DNA of 64,000 nucleotides from Rozella allomycis CSF55 (Eukaryota): NCBI GenBank assembly GCA_000442015.1, contig KE561117.1, positions 124,001 to 188,000 of the forward strand, read 5' to 3'. Shown piece by piece: positions 37,629 to 51,102 of this stretch (position 1 is its first letter; each line of letters starts with the position of its first letter). The notes under the pieces were generated by a model. It saw only the letters and a program-made list of their open reading frames with translations, ran no database searches and was not told where the DNA came from. The position numbers and the translations under genes were made by a program.

Positions 37629-38606
37629 TTATTTAGCAATAAAGGTTTCTTGACGTCCTTTAACAGATTCGTCCAATGCAATCTTTTCGTAAAAACTATC
37701 TCCTACAATGTGCAAATATCCTTGCGAAATTTCGAGTGCTTTTGGATTGGCCAATGATTCATCCAATAGAAGTACGTCAACGTTATCATCTTGGACTGGA
37801 GCGCTAGAGTCAAAGATGGCAATACTTCCACTTCCTTGAATGGCTACATATACAATTCCAGAAGTGTCAAATCTCAATGTAGTCAATTCACCTCCTTTTC
37901 CAAGAACCTCTTCAGAGAACTTATAGACAGTGTTACATTGCTTATTGTTACCAGCCATTAACTTTTCCACGGCTATTTTCTTAATTCTCTTGGACTTTGA
38001 AGTAGTTTCAGTAAAATAGACAAATTTTTCTTGAGGATCCAAATCAATACCGTAGATGGCTCCACCAGTGTACAACTTCTTGGCTACAGTTTCTCCCTTT
38101 TTGCAAGCAAATATTCCACCAGTGTTTTGTTTTTGATTGTAGGCCGTGAAATACACAGTCTCATCTTTTCCCAACACAAGGTCCACAGGGCCAACCATAC
38201 CATTGCCAAGAACGGAGTTTGTCGCTCTACATCGAATTCCTATATTGGTGGAATTTTGAGAAACGACGTGAATCCTCTTGTTGCTCGGATCAGCCAGATA
38301 AAACTTGGCGTCCTTGTCAGAACGAATGTTAAAGACTTGTTTGCCAGCATACTTGAAAGCGCTCACTTTTCCATCAGGTGCAACCTTTCCAACACCGGAA
38401 GCCTTTTTGTAGCCCGATATGTACAAGTTGCCAGCTGCGTCAATACCCAAACCTTTCATGTTTGTAAAGGAAGGAAGCTTCACACTGGATCCTTCGTAAT
38501 CATCGGAAGGAGACGGAGTGGTAGCATAGTCCGTTGTATTCGTTGCGTCAGCAGCAAACGCAGTTGAAGCGAGAAAAGCGCCAAGAAGAAAGTTTTTTGA
38601 AAACAT
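37629..38606 (-). CDS. Secreted six-bladed beta-propeller (SMP-30/gluconolactonase/NHL-like)
   Basis: Signal peptide; blade repeats GLGIDAAGNLYIS, FYLADP, GIDLDPQEKFVYFTE and FDTSGIVYVA. Confidence 0.75.
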   Translation of the reverse strand: MFSKNFLLGAFLASTAFAADATNTTDYATTPSPSDDYEGSSVKLPSFTNMKGLGIDAAGNLYISGYKKASGVGKVAPDGKVSAFKYAGKQVFNIRSDKDAKFYLADPSNKRIHVVSQNSTNIGIRCRATNSVLGNGMVGPVDLVLGKDETVYFTAYNQKQNTGGIFACKKGETVAKKLYTGGAIYGIDLDPQEKFVYFTETTSKSKRIKKIAVEKLMAGNNKQCNTVYKFSEEVLGKGGELTTLRFDTSGIVYVAIQGSGSIAIFDSSAPVQDDNVDVLLLDESLANPKALEISQGYLHIVGDSFYEKIALDESVKGRQETFIAK

Positions 38607-38783
38607 CTGTAACTTAAGGGGTTCGGAGTTGCAAATTTATAGGGTGTTTCTAAAAATAGAATGTAAGATATATTTTTAGATGAACGTATTTTATTGATTT
38701 TGGTGATCTTTAAACAAAGGCTGGTCAAGATTAAAAATGGATTCATCTTTTAACGAAATGCTAATAAATGGATTACTAAATGA

Positions 38784-40342
38784 TTACTTTCCGAGGCCCT
38801 TAAATATTGAAGTATCTTCTTCATCAGAATCAATACGATGCTTTAGTTGTTTTTCACTAGATACCTTTCTTTCTGACTTTCTTCTTCTTCCAGTTTTTTT
38901 AATTTGTGCTTTCGTGACTATTTTTATGGTATTATCATCTAATGTATCATTTCTTATAGCGAAATGCACGAGTCCATTCTCATTTGAGAAAGTTATAGGG
39001 AAAATTTTCATGTTTGATATTTCAATTGATAAGGATATTATACTCCTTAGCCTTTCCTTGTGTTGCTGCGATGGAGTCGGCTGTTGAAAGTTGTCATGTA
39101 CAGAAACATTAAAAAATGAAAGTCCACTGAGCAAATGATCTTCTTCCAGTAAAATCTTTAAATCTTCTTGCCCGATTTTTTCATAGATTTGTAACGAGTT
39201 CAAAAATTCTACTAGGGTAGTACAAACTAAGTCGAAATCGTTTTTCTTTTAAAATGACTTTAAAAATCATACCTCTTCACCGGCATTTTTAAGGATCCAT
39301 AACAGAATTACTCTTATGGATTTTATCGCTTCTTTGGCTGGGCCTAGACCGTTACTGGCACCCCGGGTTCGAAACAAACGGAGACAGGAGCTTAAAATTG
39401 ATTCAAAAGTTTCAAAAATCGAATCATGAAACTCCGCATTTAAATTCAAAAGACAAAGTAAAGAGATGGTTATATAGGAGAGCTCGTTTTCTGTCAACGC
39501 TTTAGAAATCATGAAATTATTTAATTCTTGCATAAAATTATGCCTCAATTCATCAAACGCATCATTCTTAGGTCGATGAAGGAATATATGACCACAAAGG
39601 GAAATAAAGGAACTTTGAAAGTCCTTTCCCGGGCGAAAATTCTCAAAGAAGTATTTTAAATTAGACTGGCTATTTGTAAACGGAAATTTGACTGAGAGAC
39701 TTAACAAAAAGTGGTAAAGAACTTGAATGTAATTCTTTTTCGCAATGAATATTGACGCAAGCTGATTATGCACTTGACCATTTTGTGGATTTAATAGCAA
39801 TGAGGCCTGATAAAAGAAATCGGGCTCTTCAAACTTTTTATCTTTCTTAATTAACGCGATATACCTCGCTAACTAATGCATAAAGAACAGTTTTACTTAG
39901 GTCTCCAAGAATCATTAAAATTCTGGCAATGTGGGATCTTCCCTCTTTAATAGAATTCAAAGAATCCAAATTCTTCCTGTTCAATATATTAATATGTTTA
40001 ATATCCTGTTGTAAATAAATATTCAATGAGCTTTGGAAAACACCGTAAGCTTCAAAATACAGAGCCAACAACTCCTCATCTGTCAAAAATAGACCACGCT
40101 ATGAAATTACTTCAGGCTGCCTTTTGTAATATGATATCAAGATGTAAAAAAATTTTGTCCACATGGTTTCATAAATATCTACCTCCGTTATGCTTGTTAG
40201 ATTATCTTGTAATCTTTGCAAAAAGTATATCGACGCCCTTGTGTTTAAAAATATACCAGACATACTTTAACCTGTAGATCGCTGCATTTTGAAAATCTTT
40301 CTTTTTCAAACAAGCGGCATATGAATTTAGATACTCTTGCAT
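38784..40342 (-). CDS. Est1/SMG5-7/Ebs1-family NMD/telomerase protein
   Basis: LALYFEAYGVF, ARILMILGDL.RY and P.NGQVHNQLASI...LYHFLLSL...PF.NSQSNL. Confidence 0.8.
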
Positions 40343-40827
40343 TAGTGTGGCTATTGCCCAGGGTGAAACCTAAAGTGAAAGTAAAAAGCTAAACTTAAAA
40401 ATTAAAGATCTTCTTCATTTTGATTTTAGCAGTTTAGTTGAATTGATGATTTGAATGAAATTTAGGACAATAATGCATCATTGTGGTCAATAATAAGACA
40501 CTGTAGTGAGACATTAGTATATTTCAAGTCTAGTTTTCAAAATTCAACAATTAACGCATCCAAAAAAGTAAAATAATTAAATAGAATTTGCAGCTTGAGG
40601 AGCAGGTTTTATTCCTTTTAAGTTTTGATGGATTAGGTTTTCATGATTCGGCAGTTTCGTGGGCACAGAAAGTAGCTTTGCTAAAGTTCATTCGCGGCTC
40701 ATCATTTTCAACAGAAAAGGAGCACTGGAAGAAAAAAGTAGTCAGTCCGATTTTCTGAATGTATTGTGCGCACTTAATTAAAACTTTTACGATATTTCGC
40801 GCGAATTTTCTAAATTGCAAAATTAAA

Positions 40828-41940
<1,113 letters not shown>

Positions 41941-41947
41941 ATAAGAA

Positions 41948-42544
41948 TTAAAAGCTTTTATTCATGAATTTTCTCTTTTGGAAAGACATCCACCACTTTG
42001 AGGGCATCGACTGTGTTGGGTAAAGGATTGGAATCAATCTATTAACAAGTTCCTGTCTTAATTGTCCAATGTATTGTCTTAAGGTGTCTTTTTACTGTTA
42101 CATTAAAAGATACCTGCCTCATTTCGATTAGCGGGAGTGGAATACAAAGCAGCCAAAGGAAACCCCGCATCTCCCGGTACCACGAAATTATTTTCCAGTC
42201 CCAGCGCACCCAAAATTTTCTGCCCATCATTGTAACTTGTATTCTTATTAATTTTATTAAGACACTCGCTAATAAACAAAATCAAATAAATAAGCACTCT
42301 ATCAGCGTCTCCTTGAATCTCAAAGTTTCTAAAAAACACATTCGCTCTAAACAGTGCCAATGCCTCATCAATAATATCGTCTCCATCCTCTATACTAAAC
42401 AAGCCAACACAGTACCTTTGAGAGCAGCCATTCCCTTTTTAGTTTTTACTGGGAGGATAGCCATGGATCCTATTTTCTTTACTTGCAGACTATTGAATGC
42501 AGAATGGTATGCCTAACACAGCCGAGAGTATATCTTACTGGCAT
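41948..42544 (-). CDS. ARPC3: Arp2/3 complex subunit 3 (p21-Arc)
   Basis: MPAYHS, DIIDEALALFRANVFFRNFEIQGDADRVLIY, PGDAGFPL and SKWWMSFQKRKFMNKS. Confidence 0.96.
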
Positions 42545-42549
42545 ATGCG

Positions 42550-43158
42550 ATGGCTTGGTTGCATTCAATCTGGATGTTTCGAGGCGGCAACAAGGTAGCG
42601 CCTTTGGAGGTGATTGCTGCACCGCAAAAGGTGTCGAAATACTCGATTCTCGATTACGAAGAAGAAAAGGGCCCGTCGCGAGAGGTGATTGCCAATTTGC
42701 TGCTGCCCAAGAATTTNATTGCCAATTTGCTCCTGCCCAAGAATTTCGGGTCAAAGACGGGCATTGACAAGAGCAAGCAGGGGACGCAGGTCAAGGTAAT
42801 TGCATTGATTGATTGTGAGCAGTATGCGTCGTTGGGCAAGGATGTGTTTCTGCATTTGACGATAATCTTTTCGGTGTTTTTGGCGGTTGTGCTGATTACG
42901 GATATAGTGGCATTGTTTGTGTATGAGAGCTGTTCAATGTTTTACGAGTATAATCAGTCGATATTGGTAAATGGGTGAGATTTAAGGAAAAGTTTTTTCA
43001 TGTTTGCAGTGTTTATTCGTTTTTGCTGTCGTTTATTTATAGTAATGAGTGTGGACATGTTAGGAGGTTTTACCTTTCGATTGTATTTGGAGGTAAATAA
43101 GGGTGATTTTTGTTGTAGCGCTGTCGTGGATTGTGTTGATTGGGAGGGCGGTGTTTGA
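42550..43158 (+). CDS. Small hypothetical membrane protein
   Basis: ORF with TM segment LTIIFSVFLAVVLITDIVALFVY and apparent short introns. Start is 42550 or 42574. Confidence 0.45.
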
Positions 43159-43425
43159 ATTTAATTATAGAAAGTACATGCCCTAAAATAGAATGAAGTT
43201 TTAAATTAAATAAACATATACATTATTCGGAATTAATTACATTATAGACTTATTAGACTAATGCGAACAACGATATTTAATGTTTAAGTGATCATGTATC
43301 AAATCGCTATTTCTTTCTTAAAAATTTTTAACGATTAAAATCCTGCATCTATTTTAATTCCAATTACTTTTAATTCCCTTTAATTTCTTTTGCCAAATTT
43401 TTCTGGAATTACCTAATTGGGCTCC

Positions 43426-46400
43426 ATGCTAAAAGCGCGACTATATTCCTTCAAAGCGCATCCATTTATATTCCGATTTGGCACTATCCGGCCGTTGAAT
43501 GCCTACGCGATCTCGATCGACCCATCATCGCGCGCGAGAAATAGTGTGAGTGCAGTTCAGCAGGGCCACCTGAACCGGATAATCAACAGCAGCATCAAGA
43601 GTGCGAATCCAGTTAGTACGATCTTGCCATTCATCCAGACGTATATCCGGCAGCAGGAGCTAGTTTGTGCCGAGTATTTAGTGGAGTATATGAAAAACAA
43701 CCACGAAGCGTTGTACGAGCGGGAGGTGTTGAGTGTGCAGCTGTGCAATGCGTTTGTGCGGCAGTATATGTTGCGGAGTGTTGATGTTGAGAGGAGTGGG
43801 TATTGGGTGCGGGAGATGGAGAGGTATGGGGTGCGGCCGAATGGGCAGACGTATTTGATATTTCTGAGGGCTGAGCTGCGGAATGGCGGGGAGAATGTGC
43901 GGAGGGTGTTGGAGGAGATGCGGAAGGTGGGGGTTGGGCTGAGAGCTGTGTTGATGGTGCTGGATGAGGATGAGGGGGAGGCGTTGAAAGAGGTAAGGTG
44001 ATGAATGGGGTGGGATAGATTGTGAGGGAAGGTGGGAAGGGGATTGAAGAGTATTGGAAAGAGTTGAGAGAGATTGAACGTAAGGAAAGTAGCATGGAGA
44101 ACACAACAACTAGTGCAGCAAGTGCGTCAACAAGTGCATCAACAAGTGAACCTGCTACATCAACTAATTCAACTTCATTAATAAATGTGATGGAAATAAA
44201 TAAAGAAATAAATTCATCGTTTGGAATTGAATATTTGAGAAACGCATTGAAACCACTAGAAAAAGACTACAAGGATGATTTCCTGTTGCAAGAGGCAATA
44301 GAGAACAAATCATATGAAGCATATGAAGAGTTTGAAAAGATAATGAATGAAAGATTCTACAAGCGAGTTGGGATAGTGAATACCAAGGCGATCTCACCTA
44401 TCCTGACGCGACTGTCTGATAACATGATAAGAAAGATCCATGAGAGTTTGAAAGAGGAGAGTGGGGTTGTAGAGTTGATTAAGGGGATTAAAGCGAATAG
44501 AATTTGTTATTTGATTTTGAGTTTGATTTGTCGAATGGATTGTTATGATGAGAGTGGGAGAATTCAATATGCGAAATTGGTGTTTGATTTTGGAAGGGAA
44601 TTGGAAGAATCGCAGAGGAGTTTATTTAAAGAGAATGATAAGAAGATTAGAGCTATTATAAACAGAGAGAAATTGAAGAGGGACAGGAGTGTTAACAGTG
44701 ATAAGTTGAAAGGTGAAAATTTGAGCAGTGATAGCTGTGACAGGAGTGTTAACAGTGGCAATAGTAACAGTGATAACAGTGGAATAGAATCTACTTCTAC
44801 TCCCTCCACTACATCTACTACTTCTACTACTTCCCCTCCTACTACTGATAATTTTGAAAGAGATTTGTTTGTGATTGAAAAAGAATTAGATGTTCGATGG
44901 AGTGAAGAACAAAAGGTGATGATAGGATCAAAGTTTATAGATTTAATGTTGGATAATTGCCAAGTACCCATGTATTTATTAGATGCGAATGAAACGAATA
45001 GAAAGAATGTTAAAATATTTGAATTCAAGAAAGAGTATCCAACAGGGGTTATTAAATGTCATCCAATGTTTATTAATTTAATTAAAAAAGATACAAAGTT
45101 TACTCACATTAATGCATCAATGTTTCCGATGGTTGTTCCCAGTCGCAAGTGGGTAACAATAGACGAAGGTAATTGAATGAGTATAAATTGTTAATAGGTA
45201 AGTGTAGTAGTTGTACTTGTTACTAGGTAAGCTTAGTAGTTGTACTTGTTACTAGGTAAGCTTAGTAGTTGTACTTGTTACTAGGTAAGCTTAGTAGTTG
45301 TACTTGTTACTAGGTAAACATCTAATTCTTACTATTTATAGGTAATCTCTTTTAATTCTCCTTTACTAGGTAATCTCGTCTGTTTCTCCAATAATATAGG
45401 GGTTTTTTAACATTGTCTAATTGCACAGTTAGATTTATTGGGAATAAATTTCAATCAGCAGAATTTATTAAAAAGGCAGAACAAGTTGGAAGATTAAAGT
45501 TAATGTTTAATGCATTGGATATTCTTGGAAGAACCAGCTGGAAAATTAATTTTAAAATTTTGAATATTTTGATTGAATGTTGGAATAGAAATTTAGAAAT
45601 TGGTTCTCTTCCAAAACTATTAAATTTATCAGATTTCAATAAACCTAAAAAATTATCAGAAATGAAAAAAATTAAACAAAAATTATCTTCAAATCACAGC
45701 CAAGTTTGTTCTACTTTATACAAATTAGAAATAGCAAAAGCATTCGTTAATAAAACTTTGTATTTCCCCCATAACGTTGATTTCAGAGGTAGAGCTTATC
45801 CAATAGCCCCTCATCTAAGTCACATTGGTATCAAAGTTGTTTATTCTATTTAATAAAGGCGATGATGTCTGCAGAAGTTTATTACAATTCTCTACAAAGA
45901 AACCACTAGGCAAAAATGGTTTCAAATGGCTCAAAATTCACATTTCTAATCTATTTGGTCATGACAAGTAACAAGGATTAAATTAATTATTAAAGATGCT
46001 CTTTTCAAGATAGAATTAAATTTACTGAAGAAAATTCAGAAAATATTATTAGATCTGCTACTCAGCCACTAGATCACACGTGGTGGCAATCTGCTGAAAA
46101 TCCATTTCAGTTTCTAGCTGCGTGTATTGAATACAAGAATTGCATTGAAAGTGGTAATGTTGAGTCTTATGAATCTGCTATGCCTATGCAGTTGGATGGG
46201 TCATGCAATGGGTTACAACACTATGCGGCACTTGGCAGAGATTACAAAGGTAACAATGTTTAAGTAGGCGTTTATATAGGTATTCTATGATTAGTTCTTT
46301 CATTAAGGTATTCTATGATTGTTTCTTTCATTAAGGTAATGGATGTGTATTTCTATAATAAAGGCGCCAAGTCTGTAAATTTAATTGATGGTGAAAAGCC

Positions 46401-47856
46401 AATGGATGTTTATTCCGATGTAGCCAAAATAGTTCAAGAGAAATTAACTCTTATCATAACTGAAAATGAATCAAAAGAATTCAAAGTTGATAACAGCGAA
46501 GATAATGATGATTGTATTGTATTTGAAGAAAGTGATATTAACAACACTTCNAAATTATATCTGAAAATGAATCAAAAGAATTTAAAGTTGATAACAGCGA
46601 AGATAATGATAATGATGATTGTATTGTATTTGAAGAAAGTGATATTAACAATACTTCTACTTCTACATCAACTTCTACTTCTACTACACCGCCTTCAACC
46701 CCTTCTGTTTCAACGCTTCAGTTGGCTAAACTACTTTCTGGTAACATTTCAAGAAAAGTAATTCAATCTTCAATCTCTATTTATAGATTGTTAAACAAAC
46801 TGTAATGACAAATGTTTATGGAGTCACTTTGATTGGCGCCAAAGAACAGATTTACTCAAAACTAGATTTCATTCAAGACGAACAATTAAAATACCAATCG
46901 TCTCTCTTTCTAGCCAAACTAGTTTTCGAATCGCTAGCAACTCTATTCGTCAGCACCCGCCAAATCCAAACTTGGCTCGTTCAAATTGGCAAAGAAATCA
47001 CTCGCTCAATTCCACTCAAAGACGCTAAAAAATATTACCCTTCAATCCCAATTCTTTCTCTAAATGAATTCCATGCCTTGAAATATTCAAAAATCCGCCC
47101 TTTCAATCCATCCAAACTGCCGCTCTACCCCTGCACACCCATCTCCTGGACATCCCCAATCGGCCTGCCCATCCTGCAGCCATACTTTTCCAGCTCAATT
47201 ATCGACATCAAAACGAAGCGTCAGTCCATCAACCTCAAAATCCTCAAAAACGGCATGATCGACAAGCGCAAGCAGGTAACAATTCATCTCACTCGTTATC
47301 AGGTGGCTGGGTTCCCGCCAAATTTTGTGCATTCTTTGGATGCGTCGCATATGTTCTATACGGCTTTGGAGTGCAGTGAGAAAGGGTTGCAGTTTGCGGC
47401 TGTGCATGATAGTTTCTGGACGCATTTGTGCGATGCTGATGTGCTGGCTAAAGTTGTTAGGGAACAGTTTTGTAGGCTGCATGCGGAGAGCTGGGTGGAG
47501 GAGCTGGCGAGGCAACTGAGGGAGACTTTGAGGGAGCATGTTGTGCCTGTTAGAGTTTATGGAGAAGGTTATAAAGAAGGTTATAAGGAAGGTGGAAATG
47601 TGGATGTAGAGGGTAATTATGTAGATGGAGTTTAAAAGGAATAAAAGGAAATGAGGAAGGTATAGAAAGTGTAGAGAAATTATCAGAAGAAAGTGTGAAT
47701 AGTGAGAAATCATTAGAAGAAAGTGCGATTAATGAGAAATCAAAGAGAAAATCAACAGGAACAAATTATTTCAGACCAGTCATTATTCCTGATCCACCAG
47801 CCAAGGGCGATTTTGATCTCAATCAAGTTAAAAGCTCAACATATTTCTTTTCATAA
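43426..47856 (+). CDS. RPO41: Mitochondrial single-subunit RNA polymerase (T7-like)
   Basis: Basic presequence, PPR-like [76 protein letters not shown] and C-terminal YFFS. Confidence 0.96.
45169..45399 (+). repeat. Chain of 8 back-to-back GT...AG units (28-30 nt) inside RPO41; units 2-5 form a near-perfect 29-nt tandem repeat
   Basis: Units 45169-97, 45198-226, 45227-55, 45256-84, 45285-313, 45314-41, 45342-69 and 45370-99 each begin GTAA and end TAG. Confidence 0.9.
46250..46363 (+). repeat. Chain of 4 back-to-back GT...AG units (30/28/28/28 nt) inside RPO41
   Basis: Units 46250-79, 46280-307, 46308-35 and 46336-63. Removing all four rebuilds [12 protein letters not shown] in frame. Confidence 0.9.
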
Positions 47857-48249
47857 AAATGCATTAAATAAATATTTAAAGTGTATAAATAAATGTTAAC
47901 AAGTCTAATTATCTAATTGCTAATTCCTTTAAAATGTACACCACACATGAATGGTAACAAAAAAATTTATCTTTTATTCTTTTATTAAAGACAAGAAGCC
48001 TCATCGATGGCGAGGAAAATGGATTTCTTAGCGGCAAACGCGAGGGTTATGCATATTTGAGTGGTTGGACAAACGTGTTTCTATTTTTGTCAGTGAAAAT
48101 ATTAATGCCATCAATATTGACTTTACCTTGTCCTTGCATAAGAATTACAAGTGGGCATGTCAACAGTTTTGCGAGGACGATCAACATTCACAGCCCGTTT
48201 TGATAGAAAGACTTGAAATTAAACTCTATTAAATGAACAATCTATAAGT

Positions 48250-49836
48250 TTATTTAGTCATTGCAAATTTCATGGAAACGATCGACTGCACAAGAATCTC
48301 ATTGAAATGCATCGCCATCGCTGCCATATGACTGGCTCTAATAACGTCGCTCGTACTAACTCCGGTCTTTAGAAATCTTCTGGCAATATTAATAATCTCA
48401 ATTTTCATCACATGCACCAATCTATATTGGAGCGACAGCATTGACTTGATTTCCATAAGCATTTCAATCAACCCCTCCAATGCAGGAATCTCATTAAAGG
48501 CCAGAATATCTGCTAGATGGTTTATGGATTCTTCGTCTTTTGTATACTTTGTCAAGTGCTGGATTCTTGTAAAGAGCGTCTGCTGCGCTTGAGCTTCCTC
48601 GGCTGATGTCGGGCTAGGTGACAGTGAATCTATTATGTGCTGGACATTAGATGTTGTTGATGTGCTTGATGAGAGGTAGCTGTTGGTTGACGATGGGCTG
48701 ATACTTTCATTTGCGCTATTTGATGGTCGCGATTGCCCGTTTGCACCTTGAGATTGTCTATTTGATTCATTTGATGGTCTAGTTGTGGTTGAAGATGAAT
48801 TTGAGTTTTGTACTGGACGAGTTAATTGATTCACAGCATTGGTAGCATTGTTCGCATTATCAACTCTTTCACCCTTGCCTTTGACTTTGATCGTTTTAAA
48901 AATCTTGGAGACTTTTCTGGTAACTTTGTGCTTCTTTAAAGAGCTTAAAAACTTGTTCATAACCTTCTTCTTCCCCTTGCCTCTATTATTTTCCTCTAGA
49001 ACATTTTCTATATTTCCTCTCGTAACTTCTTCGTCCAAATTGCTGACATAATCACTGCATTTTTCTATTGAACTATCTCTTCTCTCTTCTTGCAAACTAG
49101 GGTCCGATTCACTGTCTTTTTGCAAGTAAAAACTCTCACTTCCCGACTCACTTTCAATGTTCCTCTTTTCTCTCTCCATCTCAAAATACTTCCTCAAGCT
49201 TTCAAACACTCTTCCCTTTTCCTCCTCTATCCACAGCGCACATTTGCCTTTATACGAATTCAACCCCTCCAACGAAGCAGCAACCGCCAGAATACCATGC
49301 ATTAACAAATGCTCACTCAAAACATCCAGCTGTGGTAGCAATTTCGTTAAATCATCAACTATCAATGGCGTCATTCCAAGTGTGGGACGTTCTACATTCT
49401 GCGTACTCAGAATTCCACCTAATGTATCCAACAAATCTTTCAAATAGAAATGCACAGTATTTAAAACAGAAGGATCTTTTTCGGGAATATGCTTGATAAA
49501 CAAATCCAAATTAAGAGCAGCACGGTCAGTAGCGAATTTAAGTTCTAATGACATGGAAGGAGGCAACATCGGTAGGGATGTCAGATTGTAGATGGATTCA
49601 AAAGCCACATCATATCGAAATTTGAAATTGGAAACTAAGAGTTCACTTGCTGATGCATCTTGCAAGATTTCTAGGTATTCTGGGATTATAGCCTTTTTCT
49701 ACCATTTACCTGGAACAATAGGAACAGTTTCCAAAAAATCGGATAGCAAATAGTTATGGCCGCCGTACTTGCTTAGATCTAACACTGCTGACAAGCACGG
49801 ATAAAAAAGTAGGCAGGAAAATAAGAAAATTTTCAT
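48250..49836 (-). CDS. Secreted helical protein with a Ser/Asn-rich insert; unknown function
   Basis: Signal peptide MKIFLFSCLLFYPCLSA in the first exon, one short intron, then a 471-aa ORF. Confidence 0.65.
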
Positions 49837-49887
49837 GGTGGCTGAGTGGACAATGTGCTATATTTTTAGATCATATTTTAGTATTTA

Positions 49888-50848
49888 TTATTCATAATTA
49901 TGAAAAGTGTAAGGATACACACTCTTCAGATAAACGTTCGAATGTTGTAATGCAAGACGAACGTTGTTAGAACGTCTGTTATCAACTTGTTCAATATTCA
50001 ACTCGGACAAATCGTTTGCCAGCATGTTTAGCATCTCTATTTGCGAAGACACAGCATTGTCGAAACGTTGTAACACATTCTCAAATTGTTCCAAAGCAGG
50101 GATAGTTCCAGTCGCAAATATTCTGGCTTTCTCTCTTTGTTCTTGTTCTTCCATTGCATACTTTTCAGCATATGCGGAGCCATTTGTAGTAATCAAGCTT
50201 AGTGCAGAAAGAATAAGTTTCTCTTTAGATTCACGAGATGGAACTTGCTTTATTAATTCTTTTACCTTTGGTTTGCCACAATACACGGAAAAGTCTTCAA
50301 GAAATTCATCCAACTGTGAATTTATCATGTTATTGATATTTTGGGCAATGGCTTTGAATCCTTGAATACCGCCATGCACTTTATCTTTAAAATTTTTTGT
50401 GATTTCTATTGCTTTTTCTATTTCGTGCAATTGATCTTTGAGTTCGCGAAAGATGTTCTCAATGTTGTCTTTTTCTACTAAAGTTGCCTCAAAGAGATCT
50501 TTTAAAAGTAAGAAAACAAGAGAAACAACTGGAAGATTTTCATGGACGGCGGTTGAAGTGTAGAAGTTTTCAATCTCGGATAATATAGCTACACTAAAAT
50601 CCTTCACTGGACTTAAAATGTCTGCTGATAAAATGTTGCTTTTGAAAGTAGTATCTAAGTATCCCATAGCCTGATAGAGTTCTTGCATATTAACTTGGTC
50701 TATTTAAGTGTGTTACACTATCTTTACTTTTAACAACCTTAACTTGAAAATCTTCAGATTTCAATTTGTTTAAAATTCCTTTGGGAGATTGTGTTGTAAC
50801 TATTTGTTGGAACCCAAAAACGAAAAGCAGGATAAGGGCCTTTCTCAT
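49888..50848 (-). CDS. Secreted helical protein; unknown function
   Basis: Signal peptide MRKALILLFVFGFQQIVT, short intron, amphipathic-helix-rich ORF. Confidence 0.65.
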
Positions 50849-51102
50849 CACAAATTTTTTGGTGGCTTAGATATTCTGGACTCTAGATCTAGTCAAAAGA
50901 TTTGAATATGTCCAGTGATTAAGAAGCCCTCGATACTTTGGATAATTCAATAATTGAGAAAAAAGAATCTAAACAAAGAACATTGTTTTTAAATGAGCTT
51001 GTAGTCCTCTGAATAATCAAAATCAGATTTAAAGAAAGAATCATGCAAGTCTCAACGTGTGAAAAGTAGTATAATGTAATAAATGAAACTAATTTATTCA
51101 TT

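Noticed and set aside
43631-44109. Pro/His/Ser-rich minus-strand ORFs (also 47195-47713, 21570-22186, 38031-38567, 54933-55364)
   Set aside because: Antisense shadows caused by codon or skew bias of the real genes on the other strand.
45198-45313. 29-nt tandem repeat as a possible CRISPR array
   Set aside because: No spacers, no cas genes, eukaryotic intron context; the units are splice-site-bounded.
45400-45428. Possible ninth unit ending CTAATTGCACAG that would restore the reading frame
   Set aside because: It starts GG rather than GT, and using it would delete the conserved GGFL motif; a one-base assembly error is more likely.
43426-47856. T7-like polymerase as a phage or linear-plasmid insertion
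   Set aside because: It has spliceosomal introns, a presequence, a PPR-like region and the YFFS end of nuclear-encoded mitochondrial RNA polymerases.
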